Part shown: in pieces, positions 48,970 to 59,458 of the stretch
Layout of the letters: each line of letters starts with the position of its first letter
How positions within the stretch are numbered: the first letter of the stretch is position 1
Notes under the pieces: model-generated
Database searches by the model: none
What the model was told of the DNA's origin: nothing
What the model saw: the letters and a program-made list of their open reading frames with translations, nothing else
Assembly: GCA_043745805.1 (NCBI GenBank)
Contig: JAYTSD010000017.1
Coordinates: 128,001-192,000, forward strand
Reading direction: 5' to 3'
DNA: 64,000 nucleotides
Origin: Fibrobacteria bacterium
GTDB taxonomy: Bacteria; Fibrobacterota; Fibrobacteria; UBA11236
Position numbers and translations under genes: made by a program

Positions 48970-51900
48970 ATGAAAAATAACAATTCACATTATTTAATGA
49001 ACCAAATGGTACTCGGAAATCTTGTTAATATGCGTAAAAATTTTTCTTTGAGTATGTTTAAAGTTACGGTAACATTAATGATACTGTTGTCGAGCATGAA
49101 TATTTTTGCTGCGGCGAAACGATGTGATTTGGTGGGTAAAGATACCACAACGAGTGGGGGTGTTAGGTTTAAAAAATGTTTGGATTTGTCCGATTTAAAT
49201 GGAAAAACAATAGTTATTCCTTCCAACATCACACGTATCGACAATGATGGACTGTCCTTGTGCAAAGGCGCGGTAAGCGGAAGCGGATCGGCAGATATTG
49301 GTTTTGCCGTCGATCAAAGTGGAAGTATGAAACCTATATACGGATGGATTGATGTTGCGAAAAATGACACCATCTATTATGAAATTAATCCAGGTTGTGC
49401 AAGTAAAACAACAAATGGAACAATTACAATTCAGGGTGCAAGTCCGCTTGGACCGCAAACAGTTTTAAAATTAGTTGACAGCACCGGATGTAAAGAATTT
49501 GCGGGTGATCCGTATAGCAAACGAGCTGATGCGGTAAAAAAAGCTATGGTGTACATGGCCTCAATTTCTCCAAATTCTACGGCAGGCTATTACGGTTTTG
49601 CTAGTGGTCCAGGTTCTGCAGGGGTAGCCCAACCATTACTCCAACTCAATACAGCTGCCAAACTGCAACAAGATACAGCTGCTGTAAAAATTTTGGATGC
49701 TGGCGGTACATCGTATAATCCTCCTTTATCTGCCATAAACGGATGGCTGAATGATATTAATTTGAAAAAAAATACCAACCAAGCAATAGTATTAATCTCA
49801 GATGGAAAGCCTGGAGATTCTGCAATATATACACCTACCTTGGTTAATATGCCCAAAATATATACCATATACCTTGGTAAATCGTCCAATTTAGCAGGAT
49901 ATGCTAAACTTCAATCCATAGCGAATGTTACCGGTGGAACTTTTACCATTATCCCTGCAGATCAACCCGATAGCTTAGCTTCAGTTATTAAAAACATTCT
50001 TAAAACTGTATTACAAAGTTATACTCCAGCTAATTTAACCGTAACCAATACCACAATTGGGCAATCAGCCTTTAATAGCACACCTGCTAACTTTGTGCCT
50101 CAGGCCGATGGAAGTTGGTTAGTGAAATTAAATGATATAGTTGCACTTAGCCCTTCAACGGGTAATAGTATCAAAGTAGTTTCTAATTTTAAGGAAACTG
50201 GTACTTCAACTTTGGATACTACCTCTAGTATTTTCACTATTAGCACTACAGGCACACCCGATTCGGTAAACCATAGCATTCTAGGATCACAATTTGGAAT
50301 TGTCTGCTACGATAAATCCGCAATTCGTATTTTAAATAATGCTAGCATACGTCCCCCCTACCTTACAGAAAACGATCTTAATTATCGATTGCGTATACGC
50401 ACGACTCCCATTGACCTAACAATACTCAATGCCAACTCCAAAACTCAAATTAAATTGGATAATGAAGCGCCGGTATTAGGAGCTCCAGTTACAAATACGG
50501 ACAGTATTGTTTACGGCGGATTATTTAATTTTAAAGTTGGAGCGGCTACAAATTTAAACGGCACCTTGGAATCGTCTCCGTACGATTTTTTAATTGCTAA
50601 TTGGACTCATCCTCGTGATGCGCAAGATTTTGCAGCGGATACATTAGCAATTAAAGCATCGCAAAAAATTTCGACCATGATTTTTACGCAAAGCGATTTT
50701 GTCACTCCGCCAACCAATGGACAATATTCTAGCACCCAAACTTTTGCCTATATAAAAGTTACCGATCAAGAAAAAGATCCTTCTAAATCGTATACCGTAA
50801 CCTTTACGGATAATTTGGGTGATTTGGAAACCGTTACCTTAACTCCAACAGCAGTGACAGGCGTATTTACTGGACAAATACCCATGGAGATTTTTGCAAC
50901 GACAAGCCCGAATAATGGTAAAATTCAATTCTCTGCTTCGGGTGATCAATTGCATGCGATTTATATCGATCCCGTATACGGCGACACGGCCATCGCGAAT
51001 GTGGGAATTGGTCAAGATGTACAAGAAGCCGGCGTGCTTAATTTTACCGATGAAAATGGAGTAATCTTAGCGCCTAATGCTTTGTGGAATCCAAGCAAGG
51101 GTAAGGTTTATGTTACCTATGCAGATGATTATGTTTCAGGAACTATTGCTAATAAAGATATTGCCTTAGTCATCAACAACAAAAAATATGGTGCTACTAG
51201 AGATCAAGATATTGAACATTTCATCATAAATTTAAAACTGCCCCACAACTCAGGCCCTGGAATTTGGACGGGGGAAATTAATCTTTCCGATATATTCCCC
51301 GCAAAAGATTCCAATAGTGTTTTGGAAACTAATTTTCGCGGTGAATTAACAGCTTCAGTTTTCCCCCATGATAATGTGGGAAAAATCCAATCCATACCTG
51401 CAACAGCCAGTTTGCTCATAGCCTATCCTGATGCCGTAGCTAGTTTAAGCTATGAGGTGGTAGATTCGACTAAAGGTAGTCCTTTTGTAAAAACCAGTGA
51501 AGGCTGGCGCATTACGGTAAAGGATCAAAGTTTTACCAATTCTGCTTCAGATACCGTTTTGGTTTCCATGAAATGTTTAATAAATGGCGATAGTGTTTCG
51601 GGTATAAATGCCATAGAAAATGGAAGTGGAAATTATGTTACGGGTTGGGTGGAAAAAAATGAAGGTGCACCGAATTTATCGGACAAAATATTATCTTGCG
51701 CTAGTGCAGATAATATTTCCATCACTTATGTGGACCCAGTTTATGGAACAACGGGACAGCTATTAATTAATGAAGTGGCTAAACCGGTAGCGAATCCTCC
51801 TGCACAACAGTTCGTTTCCAAAGTGGATGTGGTACTCACCTCAACGACAACGAATGCCTTAATTTATTACACGCTCGATGGTAGCATGCCCGATACTACT

Positions 51901-54900
51901 AAAACTCTTTATAAGGGCACTATCACTATTACGAAAAACACTACTATTAAGGCTATTGCGGTAAAAGCGGGTTGGAAAAATAGTAAGGTGATGACGGAAG
52001 TTTATATTAAGCAATTCACTTTATCAAAATTAACTATCACCCCACTTGATACTAATGGCAATATTGTCGCTGGAAAGTTTTTAACCCAATTGACTAAAAC
52101 TTATAAGGTGAACTTAACTACTACCGAAGCTGGATTTAATCAATTAAGTCCAACAGCGATTATGAAAAGAAGTAATGATCATGAAACTTTGAATTTGTTT
52201 ATTAATCAACAAAATGGGAATGGCATTCTTTTCAGTAATGTGCAAAATTTTGTAATTGGTTCTGCCACTAATCAAAACAGTATTACGGAATCCTCTTTAT
52301 TCGATACGCTAATTGTTTCATGGGTAAATCCTAATGATGCCAATGACCATGCTGAAGATACAGTTTATGTGCATCCTGGATTTCAACAAGCTCAAGTTTA
52401 TTTTTCTAATTCCATTGGCGGCACACCGATTTCGCAATACCCTTCAAATCAAGATACGGTTTATGTGAACATTGATGATCAACCTGGTGATTCACGATTG
52501 CCTTATACAGTAAAAGTTACATCGAACAAGCATAACCCTATTGACGAAGAAATTTTAACACTAACCGAAATATCACCTGGGCATTTTAGTGCCAAGATAC
52601 CAGTAACCGCGAATGCATTTCAACCAGGAAATAATGCTTTAGAAGTTTCTCGAGCGGGAGATCAATTACAGGCTATATTTGTGGATCCGGTTTATTTTGA
52701 TACCTCTATTGGTTCGGCAGGCTTTGCCGAAGGCGTTCAGGAAGTGGCCCGTATTGACTTTATCGACACTCTTGGTGGCAGCGTGCTTGCTCCCGATGTG
52801 GTGTGGAATCCAGAAAAGGCAAATATTTATTTGCGCTATAGTGATGATTGGAGCATAAGCGTTAATGCTGTATTGCAACAAAAAAGCATTAGCCTCATTT
52901 TGCAACAAAAAAAGTACAGTCAAATTTTAGCCATTGATACGGAAACGGTTAAACTCAATTTAATTTCACACAATGCTACGCGAGGAATTTGGGAAGGCAG
53001 CTTCCCTTTAAAAGATGCCAACCCTCCGCGTAAAAATGATACCAGTGATACTTATTATCGTGGGGAATTAAACGCCAATGCACAGGCCCATGATAATGCA
53101 GGTGTTGCCGAAAATACCAGTGTAGGTGATTTATTGGTGATTGCTTATCCAAATCAAACGGCGGACATTGTGCTTGAAGACTCTGTCAATAAAACTATAG
53201 AGCGCTTAACGGATAAATTGATTATCACCATTCATGACCAAATTTTCACACATGTGGGTAACCCTACAATCTTGGCACAAATTAGTTGTGCGGCCACAGG
53301 TGACATTATTGATAATGTGGAAATGGCTTGGGATGCAAGTAAATCCGCTTATGTGACCACTAAGGCTATTATTAAAACGGAACAATTGACAGGTCAACCG
53401 AATACCAGCGATAATTTCTTGGCTTGTAGTGAAACGGATATTGTAAAAGTAGTGTATATCGATCCCGTTTATGGCAATAGCAATGAAATAAAAGCACAGT
53501 ATTTTGGCGATAAAGTCCCGTCACTTATATTCGCTTCAAGCTTGGACAGTACCAAAGTCACTTCCCGAAATGAAAAAATAGATAAGGATTTCTTGGTGAT
53601 TGTCGAAGCCAAAAGTCCTACTCGGGATCAAATTGATATTATTAAAGTTGTTGTAACAGGACCGTTTGATGAACTGGATACACTATTAGCTGTGGAAACG
53701 GCATCATTCTCTGGAAAATTTGTGGTGAGAGTTCCCTTTAAATTTGTAACCGCAATGCCAACACCTAATAATGATAGTATTGAGGCGAAACTGGATATTA
53801 CTTCCAATAAAAATAGTGCCTTTATTAAAGCTAAAGTCATTATCGGAGCGAATACCATTACTGCGGACCTAACTTTATTTGCGCAATTTAATTTGGTGGT
53901 TCATGCTTATATTAAGGATGAAAATAAAAATGCCCGTGGCGATAAAGTTTATTTCGTTTTTGATCATTCCTTATCCTCTTTACCTAAGTCACTCGATGCC
54001 GTATACTGGAATCAAGTGGATGCAAAGTTCAAAAAAATTGTAGGTCCATCGCAAATAAGCTTTGCAGGAAAAGATTCCTCGGTAATTGTGGCCGACTTTA
54101 CCCAAAGTGAGTTTGGACAAGATTTAACGGGAATACCCGAAGGCGTAGAAAATCCCTATGCCCTGTTTCCCGATAATGCCCTCTTTGGCGCACAGAAACA
54201 TAATATCGATGATTCCATGGGACCCGTAATGTTAACTGCAAAAAAATTACCTTCAGATCTTATCGCTTATCAAGTCTCGGAAAATCAAAAGCGTTTTAGC
54301 CCTGATACATTGTTGATTAAAGTTTCCGAAAAATTAATTACCGGACCTGGAAATAATAGTTGGAAAACTTTATTTCGTTTTAGTAAAGGTTGCAGTGATT
54401 ATGCACATACTGCTCCGGTTTTAGTTTTGGGAGAACCTAAATTAGACAGTAATAACACTTATTTTAAAGTGCTTGTAGATAATACCCCAGGGGCTATCAC
54501 TCCTTTAATTGGTGATTGTATTTTCCTTACCATTGATGGATCTTATACTGATGCTCCAGGAAATTTACCTTTGCCTATCGGTGTGGAACTTACTGGTGCA
54601 AATCCTGCGCAAATTGTTCGTTCATTTAGAAATTTTCCACCTGTGGCGGGTTTAGATGTAAATGACCCTAAATTTTTAATTGCAACTCATGATCCTGCTA
54701 ACAATGTTCCGGGCGAAACATATAAAACCCAAGATCCAGGTAAACTTGGAAAACTTTTATTTGTTCCTCCTGTGGGCTTTGATGCTAAAACTGGAAAATG
54801 GATTACAAATTATGTTCCTGAAAGCGTTAATGATTCGACAAGGGCAAGTTACAATGAAGTAGCTAGTTTTGAAGATTTTGAATCAACCAAGTATTCTGCT

Positions 54901-55200
54901 GTGGAAGTTGTTGCCTCCAGTGAATACATTGCCCATGTAAGTATATTCGATCATCATGGGTTATTTATGCAATCCTTTGTGCAAAGTTTTGGCTACAATG
55001 GTGAAATGAAAAACCCAAATCGTTCAATGCAAGGAGGGCTTGTTTCTTGGTTGGTTTGGGATTTAAAGGATTCGCATGGTGCGCTATCGGGTAATGGTGT
55101 TTATGTTTGGAAAGTGTTATTCCAATTTAAAGGCAGCAAAGATGGAAAGTCCAAGCAAGAAATTAAGTACACAAAAATGGGACGATTAAGACCTCAATAG
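48970..55200 (+). CDS. Giant secreted vWA-domain adhesin-like protein with duplicated stalk, Fn3-associated (CHB_HEX_C-like) domain and FlgD-like C-terminus
   Basis: MIDAS DQSGS, GGTSY, LISDG; IYYTLDGS.P...Y..TI.I....TIKAIAVK; repeated DPVY modules. Start uncertain (48922, 48970 or 49030). Confidence 0.85.
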   Translation: MKNNNSHYLMNQMVLGNLVNMRKNFSLSMFKVTVTLMILLSSMNIFAAAKRCDLVGKDTTTSGGVRFKKCLDLSDLNGKTIVIPSNITRIDNDGLSLCKGAVSGSGSADIGFAVDQSGSMKPIYGWIDVAKNDTIYYEINPGCASKTTNGTITIQGASPLGPQTVLKLVDSTGCKEFAGDPYSKRADAVKKAMVYMASISPNSTAGYYGFASGPGSAGVAQPLLQLNTAAKLQQDTAAVKILDAGGTSYNPPLSAINGWLNDINLKKNTNQAIVLISDGKPGDSAIYTPTLVNMPKIYTIYLGKSSNLAGYAKLQSIANVTGGTFTIIPADQPDSLASVIKNILKTVLQSYTPANLTVTNTTIGQSAFNSTPANFVPQADGSWLVKLNDIVALSPSTGNSIKVVSNFKETGTSTLDTTSSIFTISTTGTPDSVNHSILGSQFGIVCYDKSAIRILNNASIRPPYLTENDLNYRLRIRTTPIDLTILNANSKTQIKLDNEAPVLGAPVTNTDSIVYGGLFNFKVGAATNLNGTLESSPYDFLIANWTHPRDAQDFAADTLAIKASQKISTMIFTQSDFVTPPTNGQYSSTQTFAYIKVTDQEKDPSKSYTVTFTDNLGDLETVTLTPTAVTGVFTGQIPMEIFATTSPNNGKIQFSASGDQLHAIYIDPVYGDTAIANVGIGQDVQEAGVLNFTDENGVILAPNALWNPSKGKVYVTYADDYVSGTIANKDIALVINNKKYGATRDQDIEHFIINLKLPHNSGPGIWTGEINLSDIFPAKDSNSVLETNFRGELTASVFPHDNVGKIQSIPATASLLIAYPDAVASLSYEVVDSTKGSPFVKTSEGWRITVKDQSFTNSASDTVLVSMKCLINGDSVSGINAIENGSGNYVTGWVEKNEGAPNLSDKILSCASADNISITYVDPVYGTTGQLLINEVAKPVANPPAQQFVSKVDVVLTSTTTNALIYYTLDGSMPDTTKTLYKGTITITKNTTIKAIAVKAGWKNSKVMTEVYIKQFTLSKLTITPLDTNGNIVAGKFLTQLTKTYKVNLTTTEAGFNQLSPTAIMKRSNDHETLNLFINQQNGNGILFSNVQNFVIGSATNQNSITESSLFDTLIVSWVNPNDANDHAEDTVYVHPGFQQAQVYFSNSIGGTPISQYPSNQDTVYVNIDDQPGDSRLPYTVKVTSNKHNPIDEEILTLTEISPGHFSAKIPVTANAFQPGNNALEVSRAGDQLQAIFVDPVYFDTSIGSAGFAEGVQEVARIDFIDTLGGSVLAPDVVWNPEKANIYLRYSDDWSISVNAVLQQKSISLILQQKKYSQILAIDTETVKLNLISHNATRGIWEGSFPLKDANPPRKNDTSDTYYRGELNANAQAHDNAGVAENTSVGDLLVIAYPNQTADIVLEDSVNKTIERLTDKLIITIHDQIFTHVGNPTILAQISCAATGDIIDNVEMAWDASKSAYVTTKAIIKTEQLTGQPNTSDNFLACSETDIVKVVYIDPVYGNSNEIKAQYFGDKVPSLIFASSLDSTKVTSRNEKIDKDFLVIVEAKSPTRDQIDIIKVVVTGPFDELDTLLAVETASFSGKFVVRVPFKFVTAMPTPNNDSIEAKLDITSNKNSAFIKAKVIIGANTITADLTLFAQFNLVVHAYIKDENKNARGDKVYFVFDHSLSSLPKSLDAVYWNQVDAKFKKIVGPSQISFAGKDSSVIVADFTQSEFGQDLTGIPEGVENPYALFPDNALFGAQKHNIDDSMGPVMLTAKKLPSDLIAYQVSENQKRFSPDTLLIKVSEKLITGPGNNSWKTLFRFSKGCSDYAHTAPVLVLGEPKLDSNNTYFKVLVDNTPGAITPLIGDCIFLTIDGSYTDAPGNLPLPIGVELTGANPAQIVRSFRNFPPVAGLDVNDPKFLIATHDPANNVPGETYKTQDPGKLGKLLFVPPVGFDAKTGKWITNYVPESVNDSTRASYNEVASFEDFESTKYSAVEVVASSEYIAHVSIFDHHGLFMQSFVQSFGYNGEMKNPNRSMQGGLVSWLVWDLKDSHGALSGNGVYVWKVLFQFKGSKDGKSKQEIKYTKMGRLRPQ

Positions 55201-55220
55201 TTTACATATTAAAAATAATT

Positions 55221-55252
55221 AAGCCTTGCGATATTTTCGCAGGGCTTTTTTT
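55221..55252 (+). terminator. Rho-independent terminator
   Basis: AAGCCTTGCGA-TATTT-TCGCAGGGCTT plus T run, between convergent genes. Confidence 0.82.
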
Positions 55253-56135
55253 ATAGTTTAGTAATGGGAGGCGGAATCGGATTAGGTAATGAATTTATTA
55301 CTGGAGGAGTAGTGACATTAGGCTTTAAAGGTTTAACTGAAGGTGTCCATAATAAGCGAAATTGAAATTCTAATCCGGATAATTCCCAGCTCGCTTTTCC
55401 TGCGATATTATTCGTAGGTATAATAGCGATCCAAGCTTTATCGCTTTGCCATTTTGCTTGACTAAAGGTTAAGGCACCTTGCCAAATTAAACTTTTTGAC
55501 GCATCATGCTGAAACCCTAATTGAATATCATAGCCAATAGGTGCAAAACTTAAGGTGGCAGGTAACTTTCCAGAAGTGGAGTAGATTTCACTAAAGCCTA
55601 AATTCCAATAAGGTAATACACTAATAAATAAACCTATTTGTTTATTTACGGAAAATACCGAGGATGGAATGTAATACTTGATCCCTACCCCACCTGAATG
55701 CGCTTGCACAGCATATGATTCTTCATAAGAGGAATGTGTAGAGTCTTGCGATAAAGCGTTTTGTTGATACCAAAAACTTTTACTGCCCACAATAATATCT
55801 AAATCATTATGAATGGGGATTCCGGCTAAAAAGCCTATTGGAAAGGCCAAATGTACAGATTCAAAATCTTGGGAAGACTTCCAATGGTTAGCTCGGCGTA
55901 AGGAATCCAAATTATTCACGAAGTATGTTTTTGCGCTGAAATCAAAAAAGGAAATTCCTGCATACACACCCAAATAGGCTTGCCGTTTGGCAGAAGGCAT
56001 TTTTATTTTTGTGGAATCATGCGTTTCACCTAGAGTATCTTGAGGGTTACCTTGGGTATTTAGTAAGTTTGCTTGACTATGCGCGGGTGCTGCAAAAAAA
56101 CCAAGTAAACCTATTAAACTTAATGATTTAAACAT
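55251..56135 (-). CDS. Hypothetical outer-membrane beta-barrel-like protein with Pro-rich tail
   Basis: Signal peptide and amphipathic strands (GVGIKYYI, GYDIQLGF, LSGLEFQFRLLW). Confidence 0.55.
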   Translation of the reverse strand: MFKSLSLIGLLGFFAAPAHSQANLLNTQGNPQDTLGETHDSTKIKMPSAKRQAYLGVYAGISFFDFSAKTYFVNNLDSLRRANHWKSSQDFESVHLAFPIGFLAGIPIHNDLDIIVGSKSFWYQQNALSQDSTHSSYEESYAVQAHSGGVGIKYYIPSSVFSVNKQIGLFISVLPYWNLGFSEIYSTSGKLPATLSFAPIGYDIQLGFQHDASKSLIWQGALTFSQAKWQSDKAWIAIIPTNNIAGKASWELSGLEFQFRLLWTPSVKPLKPNVTTPPVINSLPNPIPPPITKL

Positions 56136-56140
56136 TCCCC

Positions 56141-57025
56141 CTAAAGGGCTTCCTGAGGCTTGTTTTTATCCGCTTCTTGCTTTTTCACTGCAGCGTACTT
56201 GCTTTTAGCTTTTTCTAAACGTGTATAGCCATCTTTAACTTTTGCTAAAAAGGGATCGTCTTTAGCTACTCCGTCAAATTTAGCGAGGTACGATTCTGCT
56301 TCTTCGAATTGTTGCAAAGCGATATAGCAATCCACTAATTTCATATGAATATCACGTAAATCAATATAGCCAGGATAATCCTTGATTAAACCCTTGTAGT
56401 AAACGGCGGCCCCTTGAGGCTCCCCCATGCGTGTGTATAAGCGGGCAATCAGCATTTCTTTTTCCACCAATTGCTTGCGTAATTTATCGGCAAAATTTTT
56501 GGCACTATCGGCATATTGCGATTCGGGATAGTAACTGATAAATTTGTTAAACTCATCAATGGCTTCCACTGTTTGACTTTGATCGCGGGCAGGAATTTCT
56601 ACTTGTTTGGCCGCAGTTTCCGCTAAGCGAAACTGAGCTAATTCACCGTATTTTTTGGAGGAGGGATAGTCTTTTAAAAAGGACATATATTCGCTTTGCG
56701 CTTCAATCCAATCACCCAACTGATAATAAGAGTCTGCTAATTCATAATAGGCTTGTTCTGTAAATGAAAAGCCATTACAAGCACTAATTAAATCACGTAA
56801 GGGATCACGTACTTCAGTATAATGTTTTTTGTCGTATTTCTTTTGCGCATCATTAAACTTATCATTACAAGTTTGTTCATGAGTTAATTTTTTACTGGAG
56901 CTACAACCCCAAAAGGACAGGAGCATTGCGTAGCAAAGCGCATGGATAATAAAATGGGCGGTTTTACTTTTAGTGATGATTTTATTTTTTGTGAAATGCT
57001 GCATAAGCATAATAATTAACTCCAA
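56141..57025 (-). CDS. bamD: Outer membrane assembly lipoprotein BamD
   Basis: Lipobox FWGC, TPRs, RDQSQT..AI..F..FI..YP.S.Y, KE..IARLY. Start uncertain. Confidence 0.85.
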   Translation of the reverse strand: MELIIMLMQHFTKNKIITKSKTAHFIIHALCYAMLLSFWGCSSSKKLTHEQTCNDKFNDAQKKYDKKHYTEVRDPLRDLISACNGFSFTEQAYYELADSYYQLGDWIEAQSEYMSFLKDYPSSKKYGELAQFRLAETAAKQVEIPARDQSQTVEAIDEFNKFISYYPESQYADSAKNFADKLRKQLVEKEMLIARLYTRMGEPQGAAVYYKGLIKDYPGYIDLRDIHMKLVDCYIALQQFEEAESYLAKFDGVAKDDPFLAKVKDGYTRLEKAKSKYAAVKKQEADKNKPQEAL

Positions 57026-57027
57026 CT

Positions 57028-57933
57028 CTACTCTAATTTAGCCAATTCATCTTTGGCTCTCTCTAAATATTCGCTATCAGGATACAAAGATACTAGTTTT
57101 TTAAACTCTTCTACCGCCTGCTTTCGGTCTCCTAAACGTAGGAAGCAATAGCCTAATTTAATTTGCGCATCATCGGCTTTTTCCGTATCGGCAAAGGTGA
57201 GTACTTTACGAAAACTCGTAATGGCTTTAGCAAAATTTCCCACGGAGAAATGACACTCCCCTATCCAGTAATAAGAATTATCCACATAGGCACCGGAAGG
57301 ATAATTGTGAATAATTTCTTCAAATTTTAAAATGGCTTTTTCATAGTCTCGCGCATAATAAAGATCGAAAGCCTTTTTATATAGTTGTGCTTCGGCTTCA
57401 TTGGCTATTTTTTTTGGCGGAGCATTTTTTGTTAAGACTTTAGCTTCAGGCTTAGGATTTTTTTTGTCATCACTAACGACTGCATTATTAGGTGGATTTG
57501 AGCTGGGAGTAAATGTCGCCACCCCTTTTTCCGGCACCGATTTTAAATGACTCAAAGCAGATTCCATATTTTTAAATTGCTCTTGTAATAAACGGACTTG
57601 CTGTTGCAATTCTTCGAATTTGGCGGGAGACAAGGTTGCCAATTGCTCTTGTAGGGCAGCAAAGCGGCCCTCAATTTCCTTCATTTTAGTATTGAGCGTT
57701 TGAATCTCTAATTTGTTTTCCTGCGAAATTTTTAAAGCTTCATCCGCATTATCTTTAATTTGCAATACATCGACTTCTGCAGAAGTGGGATCCGGTGCAG
57801 CAAGCTTAGGGGCTTGTGTAGCCGCGCAACCCAAAAAAAATAATGCCAAGCCAAAGTTTAAGGCTAAAGTACAACGAGACAAAAATTTGTGTTTCAATTT
57901 GTATTCCCGCTGGTTTACTAATTCATTTTCCAT
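57028..57933 (-). CDS. cpoB: CpoB/YbgF-like coiled-coil + TPR lipoprotein
   Basis: Lipobox FLGC, coiled coil, YP....DN.YYWIGE, KADDAQIKLG. Start uncertain. Confidence 0.8.
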   Translation of the reverse strand: MENELVNQREYKLKHKFLSRCTLALNFGLALFFLGCAATQAPKLAAPDPTSAEVDVLQIKDNADEALKISQENKLEIQTLNTKMKEIEGRFAALQEQLATLSPAKFEELQQQVRLLQEQFKNMESALSHLKSVPEKGVATFTPSSNPPNNAVVSDDKKNPKPEAKVLTKNAPPKKIANEAEAQLYKKAFDLYYARDYEKAILKFEEIIHNYPSGAYVDNSYYWIGECHFSVGNFAKAITSFRKVLTFADTEKADDAQIKLGYCFLRLGDRKQAVEEFKKLVSLYPDSEYLERAKDELAKLE

Positions 57934-58051
57934 AAGTTTTAAGTTGCAACAAAATAGGAAATTATTTGTCTTAAATAAGGGCAATATCGAGGGATTTAGC
58001 TATCTATTCCCTTCCGGTGGAAGATAATTCTTTACATAATCTGGTTGTTGT

Positions 58052-59458
58052 ATGATCCTAGCTAGATACATCTTGCGTGAGCATATAGCTCCGTTTCTAT
58101 ATGCTTTATTTATTATCACTTTTTTGTTCCTTATCGATTTCCTCATTCGCATTTTATCCTCCATTTTGTCCAAAGGATTGGCTTGGCAAACGGTTTTAGA
58201 AATTATTGTCCTCAATTTAGCATGGATGCTGGCCTTATCCATTCCCATGGCCGTTTTGGTAGCTACGCTAATGGCCTTCGGGCGATTTTCCGCCGACAAT
58301 GAAATTACCGCTATGAAGGCGAATGGCATTTCCCCTTTTCGCGCTATTCTTCCTGTTTTGACCATGGCCATTTTATTATGCGGAGGAATGATTTATTTCA
58401 ATAATTATATTCTTCCCGATGCGAATCACCGCGCTGCCGCCTTACGCAATGATATTGGCCGAAAAAAACCTACTGCTTTAATTACTCCTCATACTCTGAT
58501 TAAGGATTTTGAAAACTATCAATTGTGGATCGATAGTTTAAATCCCGTAACTGGCAGAATGCGTGGTGTGCGTATATATGCCATGGAAATGGGAAAACCT
58601 TTGCGTTATATCTGTAGCGATTCCGCCTTTATGGAATATGCCCGCGGAGGCAAAACCATACTCATTCGCCTTTATGGAGGTGAAAATCATATTGTCGATC
58701 CCAAAGAAAATAAAAATTATGTACGCATAAAATACCAAAAGGAAATTGTGTCCATTGATAATGTTGACGCCGCTTTAGAAAGGCATGAAAGAAGTTATCG
58801 CACGGATAGAGAAATGTCGGTACAAGATATGTACGGGGTTATAAAAACAGCCGGTGGACGCTTAAAAAGTTTGAATGGAGAATATCAAAATAAGGTTTTT
58901 GATGAGCTTCAGGCTTTAGATGTTTTGTTCAAAGCGGACACGGTAAAAAATATACCACCGCGATTAATGGATCAAAAATGGTGGACCAATGCTCCCATTA
59001 GCAGCGTGACTATTGCCGAAGTCCGAAAGCAAGAACAGGATAAGCAATATATCATTCAACGTTATAATGTGCGCGCCGATGATGAGCAAAAAGAAATGGA
59101 TAAATTTTGGGTGGAAATTCATAAAAAGTTTTCCATTCCCGTGGCTTGTTTGGTTTTTGTTTTTATTGGCGCACCCTTGGGCATTATGGCGCGGCGCGGT
59201 GGTATAGGGACGGGATCCATTTATAGTCTATTTTTCTTTTTACTGTATTGGGCTTGCTTAATTCGTGGTGAAGTATTGGCGGATAAAGCGATTATCACTC
59301 CTTGGATGGCGATGTGGTTTCCAAATATTATTGTGGGGATTGCGGGTTTGTTTTTAGCGATACGTATGTCACGGGAAAATTATTTATCGCAAAATACTTG
59401 GTTACAAAAATTTTTCGCGATGTTTAAATCCATTTTTATCCGACGCAAAGTGCCATGA
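58052..59458 (+). CDS. lptF: LPS export permease LptF/LptG family
   Basis: L.RYILRE, DNEITAMKANGIS, EIHKKFSIP.AC. Confidence 0.85.
   Translation: MILARYILREHIAPFLYALFIITFLFLIDFLIRILSSILSKGLAWQTVLEIIVLNLAWMLALSIPMAVLVATLMAFGRFSADNEITAMKANGISPFRAILPVLTMAILLCGGMIYFNNYILPDANHRAAALRNDIGRKKPTALITPHTLIKDFENYQLWIDSLNPVTGRMRGVRIYAMEMGKPLRYICSDSAFMEYARGGKTILIRLYGGENHIVDPKENKNYVRIKYQKEIVSIDNVDAALERHERSYRTDREMSVQDMYGVIKTAGGRLKSLNGEYQNKVFDELQALDVLFKADTVKNIPPRLMDQKWWTNAPISSVTIAEVRKQEQDKQYIIQRYNVRADDEQKEMDKFWVEIHKKFSIPVACLVFVFIGAPLGIMARRGGIGTGSIYSLFFFLLYWACLIRGEVLADKAIITPWMAMWFPNIIVGIAGLFLAIRMSRENYLSQNTWLQKFFAMFKSIFIRRKVP

Noticed and set aside
45262-55200. Diversity-generating retroelement or invertible shufflon acting on the adhesins
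   Set aside because: No reverse transcriptase or recombinase, and no near-identical DNA repeats were seen; homology is at protein level only.
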